This document shows, in pieces, positions 62,540 through 64,000 of a stretch of 64,000 nucleotides of DNA (the first letter of the stretch is position 1; the number at the start of each line of letters is the position of its first letter). The translations under genes and the position numbers were made by a program. Origin of the DNA: Rhizophagus irregularis (lineage: Eukaryota). Location of the stretch: assembly GCF_026210795.1 (NCBI RefSeq), contig NC_089430.1:2542001-2606000 (forward strand). Reading direction: 5' to 3'. Under the pieces are notes generated by a model, which worked only from the letters and a program-made list of their open reading frames with translations, made no database searches and had not been told where the DNA came from.

Positions 62540-64000
62540 ATGTCAACTTACGGTCTTTGTTTTTCAACTGAAATAGGAATAAATCCTATTCCTTTACGAA
62601 ATGTTATTATCGGAGCTAATAGTAAGCCGGTTTACTTGACAATTTTTTTTATTTATGATATGAAAATGATATTTCATTTAATTCTCTTTAAATATTAGTC
62701 GTTGATATGATCGCTGAAGGTTCGTAGTTTGGTCAAATTATATGATATGATTTTTTTTTAAATATTTATACTATAATTCTATAATTCATCTTTAATAGTT
62801 ACTATCAGACAAACTTATAAAAATGTTGAAAGAGATACTATCGAAGCATTCTATAAGTTTCCTATTTATGAAGCCGCAGCAATCTGCGAATTTGAAGCAG
62901 AAATTGATGGACGAAGAAAAATAAAAGGCATCGTAAAAGAATCAAAAGAGGCCGCTAAAGAATATACTGAAGCAGTTCAGGTAATATCTAATAAATTTAA
63001 AAATGATTTAATACATTTATTTTTATATATAAGTTTAATTGTTCTTGAATTGAATAGAAAGGACATGGTGCTTATTTGTTAGAATCTGAGTCCGAAGATG
63101 TGTTTCAATGTTCTGTTGGAAATATCACATCAGGACAAACCGTGGTTATTAAAATTACATATGTTACCGAGCTTAAACATGATTCTGAATCAGAGAAAAT
63201 TCGATTTATTCTACCAACTAATATCGCTCCAAGATATGGTTCTTCAGTATATTCGTCATCTTCAAATGATGGAAAAATTCTTAAACCTGATGTTGTATCT
63301 TATTCTAATAAAGCAGATTTTTATTTAGATCTTACTGTTACTTGCAGAATGACTTCAACTATTCAAAATATTGAATCACCTTCACATAAAATTTCTACTG
63401 AAATGAATATTGATGAGAATCCCAAAATTTCTAAAATTACTTTATCCGAACAAATTACTTATTTAGAAAAAGATTTTATTCTTATGATTAAAAGTAAAGA
63501 GATTGATCAACCACGGTAAATATTTTAATTAATAATTTTGTATTTATATATATATAATTTTTTTTTTATTTTTTTTATTTTTAATATAATTATATTTTTT
63601 TTAGAGCTTTTGTTGAATACAATCCTGAAACAGAAACTAATTGTGTTATGTTGACTTTGGTTCCAAAATTCTCGTTAAATGTAATCATGTCTGAGCTAGT
63701 TTTCATTGTAGATAGGTATGTCGCCTATGTAAATAATTTTTAAAGTGAAGTTTCCATTTAATTTACAATGAATTTTTATTTTTTTGAATATGAAATAGAT
63801 CGGGATCAATGGGTATTGAACCTATGAAGAAAGCCGCACAAGCACTTGAATTGTTATTGCATTCACTTCCTGAAAATTGCTACTTTAATGTAATATCCTT
63901 TGGATCTCGTTATGATTCTCTTTTTCCAAAAAGTCAACTTTATTCTGAAAAATCGTTGTCTAAGGCTCTTAATCTTGCTCAAACAATGACTTCAAATTAT
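62540..64000 (+). CDS. VIT + von Willebrand A domain protein (VWA5A-like), runs off the window end
   Basis: IEAFYKFPIYEAAAICEFEAEIDG, DVFQCSVGNI, KIRFILPTNIAPRY, ELVFIVDRSGSM, LLHSLPENCYFNVISFGS. Confidence 0.93.

Overview
AT-rich eukaryotic DNA with short GT-AG introns. Gene content and repeat style point to an arbuscular mycorrhizal fungus (Glomeromycotina, Rhizophagus-like; inferred). Two transposon-rich blocks (about 1-9.7 kb and 38-45 kb) flank compact gene clusters. Genes: UBC6, a stand-alone L-arabinokinase-N-terminal (GT-B) protein, RMD5/GID2, two intronless PPR genes, a probable Gemin4 homologue, TM9SF3, VPS24, PCK1, LARP1, SCS7/FA2H, a tail-anchored CBM48-like acidic repeat protein, and a VIT-vWA gene cut by the window end. 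Mobile DNA: a frameshifted RT-RNase H LINE, two 5'-truncated poly(A)/TSD retro-insertions, an RT-less ORF1-only retroelement with poly(A) and a 14-bp TSD, and several MITE families. One 961-bp MITE is present twice and carries an array of about 115-bp palindromes. Best leads: the fungal Gemin4-like gene, five CCG-N7-CCG motifs plus a mitochondrial-type leader at PCK1, the 'half-LINE', the palindrome-array MITE, a 16-bp palindrome shared by unrelated TEs, and a possible membrane-anchored glycophagy receptor. All homology calls come from motif recognition by eye; no searches were run.
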